Shown: piece after piece, positions 1 to 11,782 of the stretch
Layout of the letters: every line of letters starts with the position of its first letter
Numbering within the stretch: the stretch's first letter is position 1
Source: Octopus sinensis
Lineage: Eukaryota
Reading direction: 5' to 3'
DNA length: 64,000 nt
NCBI RefSeq assembly: GCF_006345805.1
Contig: NC_043009.1
Coordinates: 57,536,001-57,600,000 of the forward strand
Notes under the pieces: generated by a model
Seen by the model: only the letters and a program-made list of their open reading frames with translations
Databases searched by the model: none
Told to the model about the DNA's origin: nothing
Made by a program: the position numbers and the translations under genes

Positions 1-39
1 TTAATGTATGTTTGTAATGTATGTATGTGTATAAATTAA

Positions 40-81
<42 letters not shown>

Positions 82-473
82 GTGCGCGTGTACTTTGCTT
101 TTTATGAATGTATATACTGACCGTTGAACAGACATACGGTGTTCATGTTGCAGCGGGGATGGGCACGGTAGTGAAGAGATGGAACAGATGGGTGGGTTAC
201 GCGTGGGAAATCGGAACTCACTTGAGTGCATGTGTACTGAAAATATTTTTTATATCAAATAAAACATATACGCATATATACATATACAAACAATGATTTT
301 CAAAATCACGGCAATGAATTTGGGAAAATATCAAATATAAATGAGAACAAAGGTTAATTTTTTTTTACCGTACAACATTTAATATTTCGAAATTTCGGGT
401 TAAAATACCTTTTGTAGAAGGAAATGGGGAACGGGGTACTTGTCTAGATTCCAAGGGATTTCAAGTCTTATAG

Positions 474-852
474 TACTTACTTGTACTTGTACTTGTGGCG
501 ACATTCACCCTGGGCGGGTTGAGTCGGCTTCTTCCTTGGAAGAAGTTTCGTGGAAATTTATGGATTTCACAAGCGGTCCCCAACAATCCCGCATGTAGAG
601 ACATCCTGTTTGCCGCAGATTGTCCGCAGACGCAGGGACAGAACGACCGAGAAGCCGCCGGTTGCCGAAACAGACACTCCGAGGATTTTCACCAGAGCTC
701 CGTCTGCCGGGTTGTGGCCCTAATACCACTCGGTGTCTGACCAATCCGCCTTGGGTGGCCCTACCAGGAACCGAAGTTCCCGACGGCATAGCTCTGACCT
801 ACCCGTTGCCAGCGTCCCCACCACGGTGAGGAGAGAATGGACTTTGGGGACG
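474..852 (-). mobile_element. Short non-autonomous RTE-type retroposon (5'UTR-like head plus 3' tail, no ORF)
   Basis: Exact 12-bp TSD CAAGTCTTATAG at 462-473 and 853-864. The minus-strand 3' end has a (CAAGTA)n-like tail. The GC-rich head contains GGTAGGGCCACCCAAGGCGG, similar to RTE 5'UTRs as recalled. Confidence 0.75.
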
Positions 853-1514
853 CAAGTCTTATAGAGTGTTTTAAAGTAAAACTAAGATTTCTTCCTCTTT
901 ATATTTTTTTTTCTGAACGGAATTAGTAAATAAAGGTGTTCGACAGCAAATCTACTTTTGAATGACGAGTAGAGAGCAACTCCTAGGTTAAGCTGAGATG
1001 TTCGATGAAGATAGGGAAGCCTTTGACCAAGTTTAGACATTTAAACACTTTTCTTAGTTCATGAAAGTGTTATATAATCGAAGTATGACTTGAAATTAAC
1101 TGTTTTGCTAATCCTCGCGCAGTTTCCTCAGCTACAGTTTTCGGAAGTTCAATATTAATAGGACTTGGTCACCCAACTGGTTAAACTCCTGTTGGCCTAT
1201 CCGGACACTTAAAGTTTCATTACCATAGACAAAACTAATGTTTTTTTTTTGCCGTTTTCATTGCTGACGAATTCTTTTTGAATTGGTACGGTTTGCAGTG
1301 TCTGCTGTGAGTCTTTGTAAACTAATTTTAAAAGGAGAAAATCAATAGGAATTTAAGGCACAAAGGCAGAAAGTGATCTGAAAAGTAAGAAATAAAATAT
1401 TCCAATATTAATGTTAATATTTATTTTACCGTAAATATTCAAAAAGTGCTTAAAGTGATCATATAAAACATGAGACAAGACCATCTTTCCAACTTAATAC
1501 ACACACACGCACAC

Positions 1515-1601
1515 ATACATACATACATACATACATACATACATACATACATACATACATACATACATACATACATACATACATACATACATACATACAT
1601 A
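1515..1601. repeat. (TACA)n microsatellite
   Basis: Directly visible tetranucleotide run. Confidence 0.95.
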
Positions 1602-1685
1602 CTACCTGCAACTACATTTCTAAACATGACACCGCTTAAAGTTAAAACTGGTACTCCTTCGGTTACGATGACGAGAGTTCCAGCT

Positions 1686-1972
1686 GATCCGATCAACGGA
1701 ACAGCCTACTCGTGGTTTTAACGTGCAAGTGGCTGAGCATTCCACAGACACGCGAACACTTAACGTAGTTCTGAGGGAGATTCAGCGTGACACAGACTGT
1801 GACAAGGCTGGCCCTTTTAATCACAGACACTACTCATTTTTGCCAGCTGAGTGGACTGAAGCAGCGTGAAATAAGGTGTCTTGCTCAAGGACACAATGCG
1901 TCACCGGGAATTGATCTTACAACCTTACGATCGTAAGTCGAACACCCTAACTACTAAGCCACGCGCCTTCAC
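1686..1972 (-). mobile_element. tRNA-derived SINE, family D
   Basis: Minus strand begins GTGAAGGCGCGTGGCTTAGTAGTTAGGGTGTTCG (A-box-like), with a B-box-like GATCAATTCCC followed by GTGTCCTTGAGCAAGACAC. A partial copy lies near 42850-42920. Confidence 0.75.
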
Positions 1973-2098
1973 CACATCGTTTATTTGTGAATATAGGCAG
2001 CACTGATACGGCTTTTTAGTCCTGCTAAAGACCTCCACTCTTTCGCACAGATGCGGCAGTGATGGGCACCTCTTACAGCAGGTGTTCAGAAAGCTTAC

Positions 2099-2168
2099 CA
2101 CACGTACAATCACACGCACCTTCACATGTCTCCATTCCTTCGTGGAATTTTTCATCGAGTGTTTTCGG
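2099..2168 (-). CDS. Candidate 70-nt coding exon (PKTLDEKFHEGMETCEGACDCTC)
   Basis: TAG acceptor and GTAAGC donor, open frame with a Cys cluster, non-repetitive sequence. No homolog recognised. Confidence 0.25.
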
Positions 2169-2231
2169 CTACAGCCAGCCATAACATACAACCCATAATA
2201 GAGATGTTAAACAAATCAGACATACATCCTT

Positions 2232-2401
2232 TTCTATTCTAGGCACAAGACCCGAAGTACCTAACTGGTACTTAATATATCGACCTCGAAAGGATGAAAG
2301 GTAAAGTCGACCTTGGCGGATTTGAACTCAAAACATAAAGACACGAAATATTGCAAAGCTTTTCGCCTCGCGTGCTAACGTTTCTGCCGGCTCGCCGCCT
2401 T
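2232..2401 (-). mobile_element. SINE family B (GGCGGCGAGCTGGCAG head, Deu/Nin-like core)
   Basis: Matches the many other copies in the window; CCTTTCATCCTTTCG-type core. Confidence 0.85.
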
Positions 2402-2684
2402 AAATCAGATATATATATCAATGGCTCTCTGATGCGCCGAAAGTAGTAGCTAAATGTGCTACTGATTTATAAAACAAGTTGAATTCAAGACTTTCAGAAA
2501 TTTATACAAAATGCTTGAGCGTCTTAAGAAACGTCGTATTCATAATTTTCTTATATTTATCACACCTAGTAAAGTTTAACTGAAATTGCCTTTCTAGATT
2601 TTATGCACTTCTTTCTTAAAACACTAATTTTCTTCAATATCTTTTCCTTACACACACACACACACCACACACACACACACACAC

Positions 2685-2711
2685 AAAATGATATAAAATC
2701 CGTTCTGTCGA

Positions 2712-2742
<31 letters not shown>

Positions 2743-3076
2743 CTTCTAGGATCTCTGGCATCCTCCATCCGATTGCGCTCAAATTTGATATGTAGATACC
2801 AACGGTATCAGGGCGTGTATAAGTCTTGAAAAAATTACAAAAATCGATTCCAGGTTGAGAATGCGATCGATAAAGCCATGGGAATGTGCATTTGTACGCG
2901 CAAGAACATCAGGTGTTGCGATCGCTACTACGCGTACGCGAGAAAAATGCACGTGCAGTTTGCGCATGAAAAGCCGACTGGCTTGAAATAATGCCACAAA
3001 ATGGGACGGTCGGACAAGTTGTTTTGAGAAAATTTGGTTTAAATGTTTGACAACTCAGCACCGTCCTTTTGCTCGT
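2685..3076 (+). mobile_element. Probable non-autonomous Helitron/Helentron-like repeat
   Basis: Begins ATATAAAATC..CTGTC, then (TG)n and CCGATTGCGCTCAAATTTG. This layout parallels the Helitron at 4384. No clear CTAG end was found. Confidence 0.4.
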
Positions 3077-3399
3077 ATATATATATATATATATGTACAC
3101 ATATCTTTAGCATTTAACACCCCTCTCCCATAAATACTCTTTTTTTCTTTTTGAAGTTCCCTCTGCTTCCAACTCTAGTTTCTCTCCCTTTCTCTTCTCT
3201 CACTGCTTTCGTTCAGTTTTATAACTGCAATATCTTCTGTATTCTTTATCGTAATTTCTTATCGAGTAGCCAACCCTAAAACCCCTAGAAGTCGAGATAC
3301 TAATGTAAAAAGCATGTAATATAGGCCCAACTTCATATATAGGACATTTGGTGACATTTTTGGAGGGGAGGGGAAATTCTAGTCGCGTTTGCTCGTACA

Positions 3400-3900
3400 T
3401 TTTTAACCTGTTTACGCCATCTATCTTCGAGGAGATATGCAGTTTCTCTTGTGAATTGATCTACATAAGATGTGTTCGGATGACCTGGTCAAGTACGGCC
3501 ATACTATGACATTCATAGCAGTAGAATTCTTGTCAGCTCTTGCTTAGCGCACCAGCAATGTCTAGCAAAGTGCAAGCGGCGTTCCCTTATAATAGTGGAA
3601 ATAGGCGGGAGATCTTCATACAGCTGTTTCTTGGTGGGATGAGTTCTCCAAGACATATTTAACATTTGTGTGTAAGTTTCATCTAGCTTGGATTCTAGTT
3701 TTTTAGTAAGCGTCCAGGCTTTTGCTCCATATAAAAGGACTGGCTCTACTGTTGCACAGAAAAATTCCTCTTATGGTTGTCTGACAGGTTTGGTTTTCAG
3801 ACAATATCGTGTTTGTTTAGGGCTGACCATGCTTTGGTCATTTTAACATTCTTTTCGGTTGAGGCTATTTCAGAACCGAAGTACATCAGCTTTCTTTGTT
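3400..3900 (-). pseudogene. Decayed RTE-clade LINE, C-terminal part of the RT ORF
   Basis: Fragmented translation includes TVEPVLLYGAKAWTLTKKLESKLD and TIIRERRLHFARHCW, typical of the RTE region after the RT domain. Confidence 0.75.
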
Positions 3901-4100
3901 AATGGGGTCTCCACCGCTGATGTTGGCAATGGACCCTTGTTGATAGTGGAGCGAGTGCGTCTTAAATGCCATCAAATATGCTATATACCAATGCTTCTCA
4001 AACTATCTGATATGGTGTACCGGCAGTTTTTTTTTCAAATGTACCAGGGACCGGTAATATTTCTTAGTAATATTAATTTATACCGGAAACAATATATATA

Positions 4101-4320
4101 ATTCTGTTGTGTCTGGGGAGAGTCATTTTCTTTTTGTGCCTTATAATATAACACACTCATCGATAAAATTTCCACTTTTTTCTTATTTTTATTTTTCTAA
4201 AATTTTCGTTGCGTCTTGCGTCTTTTTCTTAAAAATAAGAAAAAAGTGGAAATTTTATCGGTGAGTGTGTTATATTATAAGGCACAAAAAGAAAATGACT
4301 CTCCCCAGACACAACAGAAT
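4101..4320. repeat. Foldback palindrome with 91-bp arms
   Basis: Arms at 4101-4191 and 4230-4320 with one mismatch; 38-bp spacer. Confidence 0.9.
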
Positions 4321-4383
4321 ATGCTTCAACACACGAACTCATATAAAGAATCTTGCAAACCAAATCCAAAAACGAAATATATA

Positions 4384-4765
4384 TCTCTCTATATATAAAC
4401 GGCAGTTTGTCTGTGCGTGTTTCTGTGTGTCTGTTTGCTTGTACCCTCACCCTGACCACGGCTTTCAACCGATTCTGATGAAACTTGACACACACATAGC
4501 CCAATGTCATAATTCAAAACTAACGCAGCGAAAATTTTGAAAAGTTCCCCCAGTTCTGAAAAAAATCGATAAATTCGACATGGGGTCGAGAATCAGAAAC
4601 ACAAACCGCAAACTGTCTAGGGGACGCAACTCCACCTTTTTTAACTAAAAAAATTTTTACCATCATTTTTTTCCATTTTTTGGCTCTTTTTTTGCTATAA
4701 CTCTCTAAAAATGCTTTATAGTTATTTCCCTTACAAACCTGAGCAACGCCGGGCGATACTGCTAG
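4384..4765 (+). mobile_element. Non-autonomous Helitron
   Basis: 5' TC, 3' GC-rich subterminal GCAACGCCGGGCGATACTG then CTAG; inserted between A and T. A second copy lies at 48135-48519. Confidence 0.9.
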
Positions 4766-5020
4766 TAATGAATATAATAATAGTTGACAATTTTTTTTTT
4801 ACCGTATATTTACTTTGTGAACAAATAATACAATATTACATCAGCATTTTATAATGTTTCTTTCTTTTCTGGAAATTCGTCGAGCACTGATGGCTCGCGG
4901 ACCGGCATCGGTCCGCGGACCACCACACTGAATAACACTAGTCTAAGCTTAGAGAGTATACGACCAATGTGTCCAGACAAATTATTTACAATTTTAAAAA
5001 TCTTATCTTTCTCTCTTTCT

Positions 5021-5426
5021 CTTTTTACTTGTTTCAGTCATTTGACTGCGGCCATGCTGGAGCACCGCCTTTAGTCGAGCAAATCGACCCCGGGACTTAT
5101 TCTTTTTTGTAAGCCCAGTACTTATTCTATCGGTCTCTTTTGCCGAACCGCTAAGTTACGGGGACGTAAACACACCAGCATCGGTTGTCAAGCAATGCTA
5201 GGGGGACAAACACAGACACACAAACACATATACACACATATATATATATATATACATATATACGACAGGCTTCTTTCAGTTTCCCTCTACCAAATCCACT
5301 CACAAGGCATTGGTCGGCCCGGGGCTATAGCAGAAGACACTTGCCGAAGATGCCACGCAGTGGGACTGAACCCGGAACCATGTGGTTGGTTAGCAAGCTA
5401 CTTACCACACAGCCACTCCTGCGCCT
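5021..5426 (-). mobile_element. SINE family A (AGGCGCAGGAGTGGCTGTGTGG head, internal TA/TG microsatellite)
   Basis: Full-length; tRNA-like A/B boxes and a TAAAAGAG-type tail. Confidence 0.9.
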
Positions 5427-5927
5427 TATATTTATTTTGTAAACAAATATTACAATATTTCATAAGCATTTTATAAGCGTTTTATGTTTCTTTTCTGGAA
5501 ACTCACCACGTACCGGCAGTTGATGGCTCGCGGACCGGCACCGGTTCATGAACCACCATTTTGAGTAACATTGCTATATACCATCTTTATCGTATTTTTT
5601 TTTTGAGTTATTTTTTTCCACAAATTACTTTTCCATGCTCTTTCTCTCCATTGCATAGACTGCCATGAGCGGACGTGATTATTAGCACTTTTCACTTCGT
5701 ATTATTTCTATTTCTCTTATATTCATGTTCTTTTTTTTTTGTGTATTTCCAGTGCGATTTCAAAGGCTTTGTTCATATCCTTCTTACCGTTCGACTTTGA
5801 TCATAATGTCTGGGTTATTAAACATTTTCTTTTCTTTTTATGGGCTTTTCATTTTTGTTCACACAATGTTTCTCTATTTCTCATGCTAGACTAGTCAATT
5901 GTTTTCCAGCAGACAGTTTCTTACGTA

Positions 5928-5950
5928 ATTATTATTGTTGTTGTTGTTGT

Positions 5951-5986
<36 letters not shown>

Positions 5987-6124
5987 TATCATCATCATCA
6001 TTATTGTTGTTGTTGTTGTTATTATTATTATTATCATTATTATTATCATTACTATTATTATTATTACTACTATTATTATTATTATTATTATTATGATTAT
6101 TATTATTATGATTATTACTATTAC

Positions 6125-6185
<61 letters not shown>

Positions 6186-6186
6186 G
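5928..6186. repeat. Compound (GTT)(ATC)(ATT)n microsatellite
   Basis: Directly visible. Confidence 0.95.
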
Positions 6187-6191
6187 CTTTT

Positions 6192-6263
6192 GAGTGAGAG
6201 AACAGTGCATGCCATCAAATTGACACTGGGGTAAAATATACGTAGCCCAGTATACCCATCGTG

Positions 6264-6268
<5 letters not shown>
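6192..6268 (+). mobile_element. 5' fragment of the (AAT)n-associated element
   Basis: GAGTGAGAGAACAGTGCATGCCATCAAATTGACACTGGGG matches the heads of the copies at 26347-26859 and 28255-28801. Confidence 0.8.
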
Positions 6269-6317
<49 letters not shown>

Positions 6318-6564
6318 GCTATTACTACTACTACTACTACTACTATTGTTGTTGTTGTTGTTCGTCTACTTCGTCTGTGTTATTCGTTTCAAGTTGTTAC
6401 AAAAGTGCAGAAGCACCCATTATCAACATTTCAAGCAGTTCAGGACTTTCGAACCAGATCTCATTAGACTTATTAATTTTCATTATTTTTCACTATCTTT
6501 CCGTCTGTTAAAAAAAAAAAATAAAGGCCTTGTACGACTGTTTACGTAGTCTCCATCTCTCCAC

Positions 6565-6573
6565 CTATACACC

Positions 6574-6630
<57 letters not shown>

Positions 6631-6658
6631 ATTCCTTTCTTTCTTTCATCCTTCCTTC

Positions 6659-6691
<33 letters not shown>

Positions 6692-6895
6692 CTCCTTTCT
6701 TTCTTTCATCCTTCCTTCCTTCCTTCCTTCCTTCCTTCCTTCCTTCTTTCTTTCTTTCTTTCATCCTTTCTTTCAACCTTTCTTCCTCTCTTCCTTCCTG
6801 TCTTTCTTTCTTTCTTTCTTTCTTTCTTCTTTTCTTTCCTTCCTTCTTTCTTTCTTTCTTTCTTTCTTTCTTCTTTCTTTCTTTCTTTCTCATCA
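6565..6895. repeat. (CTTT/CCTT)n polypyrimidine tract
   Basis: Directly visible. Confidence 0.95.
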
Positions 6896-7149
6896 CTTGA
6901 TTAATTCACATTAAGAAGATAGATTCTCTCTGATATTTGATCCTTTTTTTTTTTTGTCCCCACCACTTAGAATTCTATATTCATAATTAGTATTCATTAT
7001 TTTCTCTTCAGTCTAACTTCTCGGTTTAAAAAAAAAAATACTACTACATTATCTCCGCCACCATTTTCCACAATGCCTATTACGTTACGCTCCCCCTTTG
7101 CAACTAGCACCGTGACGTCAGATTTACTACAAGGTTGTCCCTACAAGAC

Positions 7150-7850
7150 TATCATATCCATCCACAAACCTACAAAGAGTATTGTTTATCTTTGCCCATG
7201 ACTCCAAACATAAATTAGGTGAAGGGCACTCGTAATTATCTCGATTTCAGATACACAAACATACTCTATAACTCTATAACTCCTTCAGATTAGCTGAAGA
7301 AAAAGTGAGAAAAATTCGTGTGCACATCAGATTCTTTCTCTCCTTCTTACACGATATTCCTAGCGGCGAGAGATAAAGTCAGCACCACATAATAACGTGA
7401 TAAAGTCAGGACCAACTCAATAGTACGCTCCTCGTCCACATCTGGTCTATCAGCCAATCCTGTCTGGGTTTCTGTAAGGAAACCTTGAGTGCACTAACAG
7501 TACGTTTCTATATCGCGTTGTGGAGGTAAGCCACCTAATGTTCTTAAAGAACTTTAACTACTCAGTACTCCACTTCTCATCAATGTCTGGTCTGTGACGG
7601 GAAGTTCGTTTCCCCTTCAGAATTCCAGTAGACATAGATGGAACAAAGTTTGGTTTACGTTTGTAGACAGTTACCTCCCTTGAAACTAGTTGTCTCATCC
7701 ATTGGCCACTGGATGGCGCACGTCGTGGTGTTACATCATAGGAGAATTACATCTATAGCTTTTGGACGGCACAACCAAAGCGATTCAACGTATTTTCTTC
7801 CTGCTGTGATTCCAAGTGATGTAACGGATAAAAACATAACCACCTCTTAT
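7150..7850 (-). pseudogene. Possible decayed L1/Tx1-like LINE 3' region
   Basis: Fragmented translation includes ...GLADRPDVDE... and a possible degenerate zinc-knuckle region; heavily disrupted. Confidence 0.4.
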
Positions 7851-7853
7851 GTA

Positions 7854-8372
7854 CCGTAAATCTTCCAGTGTAGTCCGCCCTTGAATATAATACGCAGGGG
7901 ATTTTTATGGGTCTGTACCTCTGAAAAATCTAAACCTTGTGTATAATACACACTCCTCTAACTTGAGTCGTGCGTAATTAAGCCAGCAGCACCAAGTCGA
8001 ACAAACACTTCCGCGCATGCGTAATACAATAATGGTGATGTTCTTAACTGTTATATGGGAATGTAAATATGTTTGCAAATTGTTTTTGTTACATGTTATT
8101 CTGTGATCTGAATACTTTAATTTTAATAAATGTTGCTTACTGCAAGTTATGGATAATTCTTTTATGACTTCATTGCTTTCAGACTTAGCTTAAGGTATTT
8201 TCGCGCCCGACATCACAAAATGCGTCTGAATAAGCATTGCCGGACAGCAAATAGAGACTCGGACATTGCTTAGAAGATAATTTTCATTTTTAACCTCTTA
8301 TATAGTACGCACTAGGGATTTTGACCTTTAAATTTTGGGAAAAAAGTGCGGATTATACTCGAGGATTTACGA
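7854..8372 (-). mobile_element. Tc1/pogo-like MITE
   Basis: TIR CCGTAAATC..., TA TSDs; reverse-oriented relative of 43093-43605. Confidence 0.85.
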
Positions 8373-8528
8373 TACTTTAATAGAGTGCTTTGAACTCGTT
8401 ATTCAATTTTCTTTCTCGTGTGCTACGCCGCGGCACATCAGCAAATATGATGCTTTCACTTTGCATATAAATTGCAGTCCTGCGACTCTCTTCTTTCCGA
8501 GATGATCCGAGTACATGGTATTGATAAG

Positions 8529-8757
8529 GCGGCGAGCTGGCAGAAACGTTAGCACGCCGGGCGAAATGCTTAGCGGTATTTCGTCTGCGTTACGTTGTGA
8601 GTTCAAATTCCGCCAAGGTCGACTTTGCCTTTCATCCTTTCGGGGTCGATAAATTAAGTACCAGTTACGCACTGGGGTCGATGTAATTGACTTAATACCT
8701 ATGTCTGTCCTTGTTTGTCCCCTCTGTGTTTAGCCCCTTGTGGGTAGTAAAGAAATA
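8529..8757 (+). mobile_element. SINE family B monomer with long tail
   Basis: Exact 12-bp TSD GGTATTGATAAG at 8517-8528 and 8758-8769. Confidence 0.9.
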
Positions 8758-9001
8758 GGTATTGATAAGCTACGATAATGACAAAATATAGGTATCTACC
8801 ATTCACAGTGATTCTGAGGTGAGCTGTCTCATGGGCTGTGACATGTAGCATCATGTAGGGAGTTTTACCTGGAGCACCATGTAGTATCATGTAAGGAGGT
8901 TTACCCAGACGCTATAACGCAGCAAATTTGGCGTATAAACAAAATACATACATTATGTATGTGCGACCTATAATTTTTGCATAATGGATATGATATGAGG
9001 T

Positions 9002-9390
9002 GGATCCTTACCTTTTGACCTACAGATTTAAAAAAAAAAAATTTTTGTAACTAAACACTTTAAAACCTCGGACATTGGTAGAATGTGTCATATAAAACAC
9101 CTTTTACTCTCAGCATTTTTGAGAAAAACTTATATTTACAAAGTAATTTCACGTGAAAGTAGTTCTATTTAGATAATTTCAACTAATCAATGACGTGTAT
9201 TCAGCTGAATAAAATTACTGCCGTTGTTTGTAAACAAGAACTTCTGGCGGTGTATTTTTCGTTTGTCACTGTTATTTATGACAACCCTAGCCCTAAAGCC
9301 CTAACCCTAAAACCATAACTCTAAAACCTTAAAGCTAAAACCAGTACAAACGCACGAACGATGTCATTTTTTTTCATAACAGGTCAAGCG
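9002..9390 (+). mobile_element. Older relative of the GGGATC-TIR MITE
   Basis: Shares TAACTAAACACTTT, CCAATCAATGACGT-like and CCCTAA-like blocks with 11783-12225. Confidence 0.6.
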
Positions 9391-9735
9391 ATCTCATAAA
9401 GGCTGTCTTATTGTAGATGAGGCTGACGTAGAGACAGTTGAAATAGTCAGGAATAGAAAACTACGAAGTTTCGGTCTGGTTAAGAGCAGTGGCATATTAT
9501 AATGGTTGCTGTCACTGTGAGCTATCGTACGGAATCTAAATGTTCTGGTATAATTATCAACATACAAACGTAGGGCTGTTTCTATATATAATACGACTTC
9601 AGTCTGTGCTAATCTTTGTTTCGATAAGATTTCAGCCTGATTTAGTTTGTGTATTAATAGATTTGAGAATAAATCATGATCAGATTAGGTCATGATACTA
9701 CCAAAACAGAATTATTATTATTATTATTATTATTA

Positions 9736-9788
<53 letters not shown>

Positions 9789-9790
9789 CT

Positions 9791-10008
9791 AAGGCGGCGA
9801 GCTGGCAGAATCATTAGCACGCTAGATGAAATGCTTTATCGGTATTTCGCCCGTCGCTGCGTTCTGAGGTCAATTTCCGCCGAGCTCGACTTTGCCTTTC
9901 ATCCTTTCGGGTCGATAAATTAAGTACCAGTTGCGTACTGCGGTCAATGTAATCGATTAGTCCTCTCCCATAAAATTTAGTCCTTGTGCCTTTAGTAGAA
10001 AAGGATTA
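9791..10008 (+). mobile_element. SINE family B with alternative short tail
   Basis: Head and core, then the CCTTGTGCCTTTAGTAGAAAAGGATT tail. Confidence 0.85.
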
Positions 10009-10089
10009 TAACAAAATATAACATCTTTTGTGTTTTTGCAGCACTCACCGTGTACATATAGTGTATACGCCCTTGGTTAAGAGAGTTCT

Positions 10090-10470
10090 TAGGGAGATAA
10101 AGGTATGAGATCAGGGCATCTTAGGCAACGTCTAACTAGGGATAAGAGGAGTTTCTTGTTAAAGGGTCATATAAATTTGTGTTCGTTCTGTAAGAGAGTG
10201 GGGAAAATTGTGTAACGATTGATAATGCATTAGGATCGGCAATTTTAAACAAGATGGCGGAAGCTGAGGGAAATAGTTCGTTTGATAGAAGGGCAGCCGG
10301 GTGGAAAATGAAGAACAATGGGGGATTCGGTCCTTAGGTGTGGGAGTATGTTTGGTAAGAATCTATCAGGAGTACAAGGGTACTGATGATAGGTCAGGCA
10401 TGGTACAGTTCAAGATCAATAACTAATAATAGATAATGCGTTCGATTAGAGTAAACAAATTGCCGTAGTT
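10090..10470 (-). pseudogene. Possible CR1/L2-type LINE 3' fragment
   Basis: Translation ..TRLPFYQTNYFPQLPPSCLKLP.. loosely resembles CR1/L2 C-termini. Confidence 0.35.
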
Positions 10471-10996
10471 GTTTGATCCTATTAAGTCTCAATCGAGAAG
10501 TCGTACGATTGATCAACAGTAATCCAGCCACGACCATCTCTTCTTGTTATTTATCAAAAATTACACTGTCCGATGTACCTCCTTTCCCTCCCTCCCCCCC
10601 AAGACAATGGGGGTGTGATCTGAGTGAGTTTTGCCTGCTATTTCTAGCAAGTCTTGAGACAGCCTACAGCTGTGTTTACATACTTATGTCACTAATACTG
10701 TTATGTGCATACACATATCAGTATAACTGTCTATGTATTTATGTGTGCGTATTTATATGTCAGTGGTACTGCTTCTATATAAGCATGTGTCAGTAAACTA
10801 TGTGTATCTATGTGTCATTAGTACGGTGTTCATATACTTATGTCAGTAGTACTGTATGAATGTTTGTGTTACTTTCGGTACTCATGCACCTAGCTTACAT
10901 ATATCAGATCTGGTTCTCATTAGGTTTTCACTTACACAATCATAGAAATACTAAATCACTTACTCACTCTTACACAACACTCGATAACTCTTTCTC

Positions 10997-11045
<49 letters not shown>

Positions 11046-11266
11046 CTCTCTTACGCACACACACACATGCACTCGCACACGCACACACTCATTAACATTT
11101 CCTCTTAGTCACACACACTTGCACATACAATCTTCACCCCCTCTCACTTTCTCTCTCAGTTCTTCCCCGGATGTACGAGAAAAATCTTGTACTACAACAT
11201 TGGCTGATGCGATTGGCGCCGCCCATTCACGCCTCCTGTGACACACACATACACACACACACACGC

Positions 11267-11302
<36 letters not shown>

Positions 11303-11533
11303 ATACACACGCACACACACACACACATGTGCGCATATATGAAGAACATCCTTTCTTTTCAACATGTATTGAAAGTGCGTTTTTTTTCTAGCTTTTTTTT
11401 CGTCTTCCTTGTTTTATCGAAAAGGAAAGTTTTATAAATTTTCAAATTGAATTTCTTACGATTTAAAAAATTTGATTGCAACTATTAATTCTGTAAACTT
11501 TGCGATTTTAAGTAATGACATTGGTTTCAAATT

Positions 11534-11717
11534 TTGTCACAAGGCCAGCTATTTCAGGAGACACCTCAGGGCTCAACTGGTACATTTTTCGTCGTCCCTG
11601 AAAAGATAAAAGATAAACTCGACCTCGGCGGAATTTGAACTCAGAAGGAAAAGTCAGACGAAACACCACTATGCGCTTTTCCTGATCTGTTAACGATTCT
11701 GCTAGCTCGCTGCTTTA
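11534..11717 (-). mobile_element. SINE family B (diverged)
   Basis: GACCTCGGCGGAATTTGAACTCAGAA core. Confidence 0.8.
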
Positions 11718-11782
11718 ATTTAAGCATTTTTATTGCTCATACATGGGAGCCGGGGGCCCCATGGGTCAAGTGGACCAATTCT

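Larger units (their letters stand above)
3989..5573 (+). mobile_element. hAT (Charlie-like) MITE carrying nested insertions
   Basis: TIRs CAATGCTTCTCAAA ... TTTGAGTAACATTG; exact 8-bp TSD CTATATAC at 3981-3988 and 5574-5581. Confidence 0.85.

Noticed and set aside
1262-1290. CTGACGA followed by a hairpin
   Set aside because: There is no GAAA or stem I, so it is not a hammerhead. The same applies to CTGATGAAAC in the two Helitrons.
5840-6904. Long ORFs of poly-Y/N/T/K/F
   Set aside because: They are translations of microsatellites that lack stop codons; there is no coding signal.
8529-8620. tRNA genes at SINE heads
   Set aside because: A/B-box-like motifs continue into SINE bodies, and no complete cloverleaf could be drawn.
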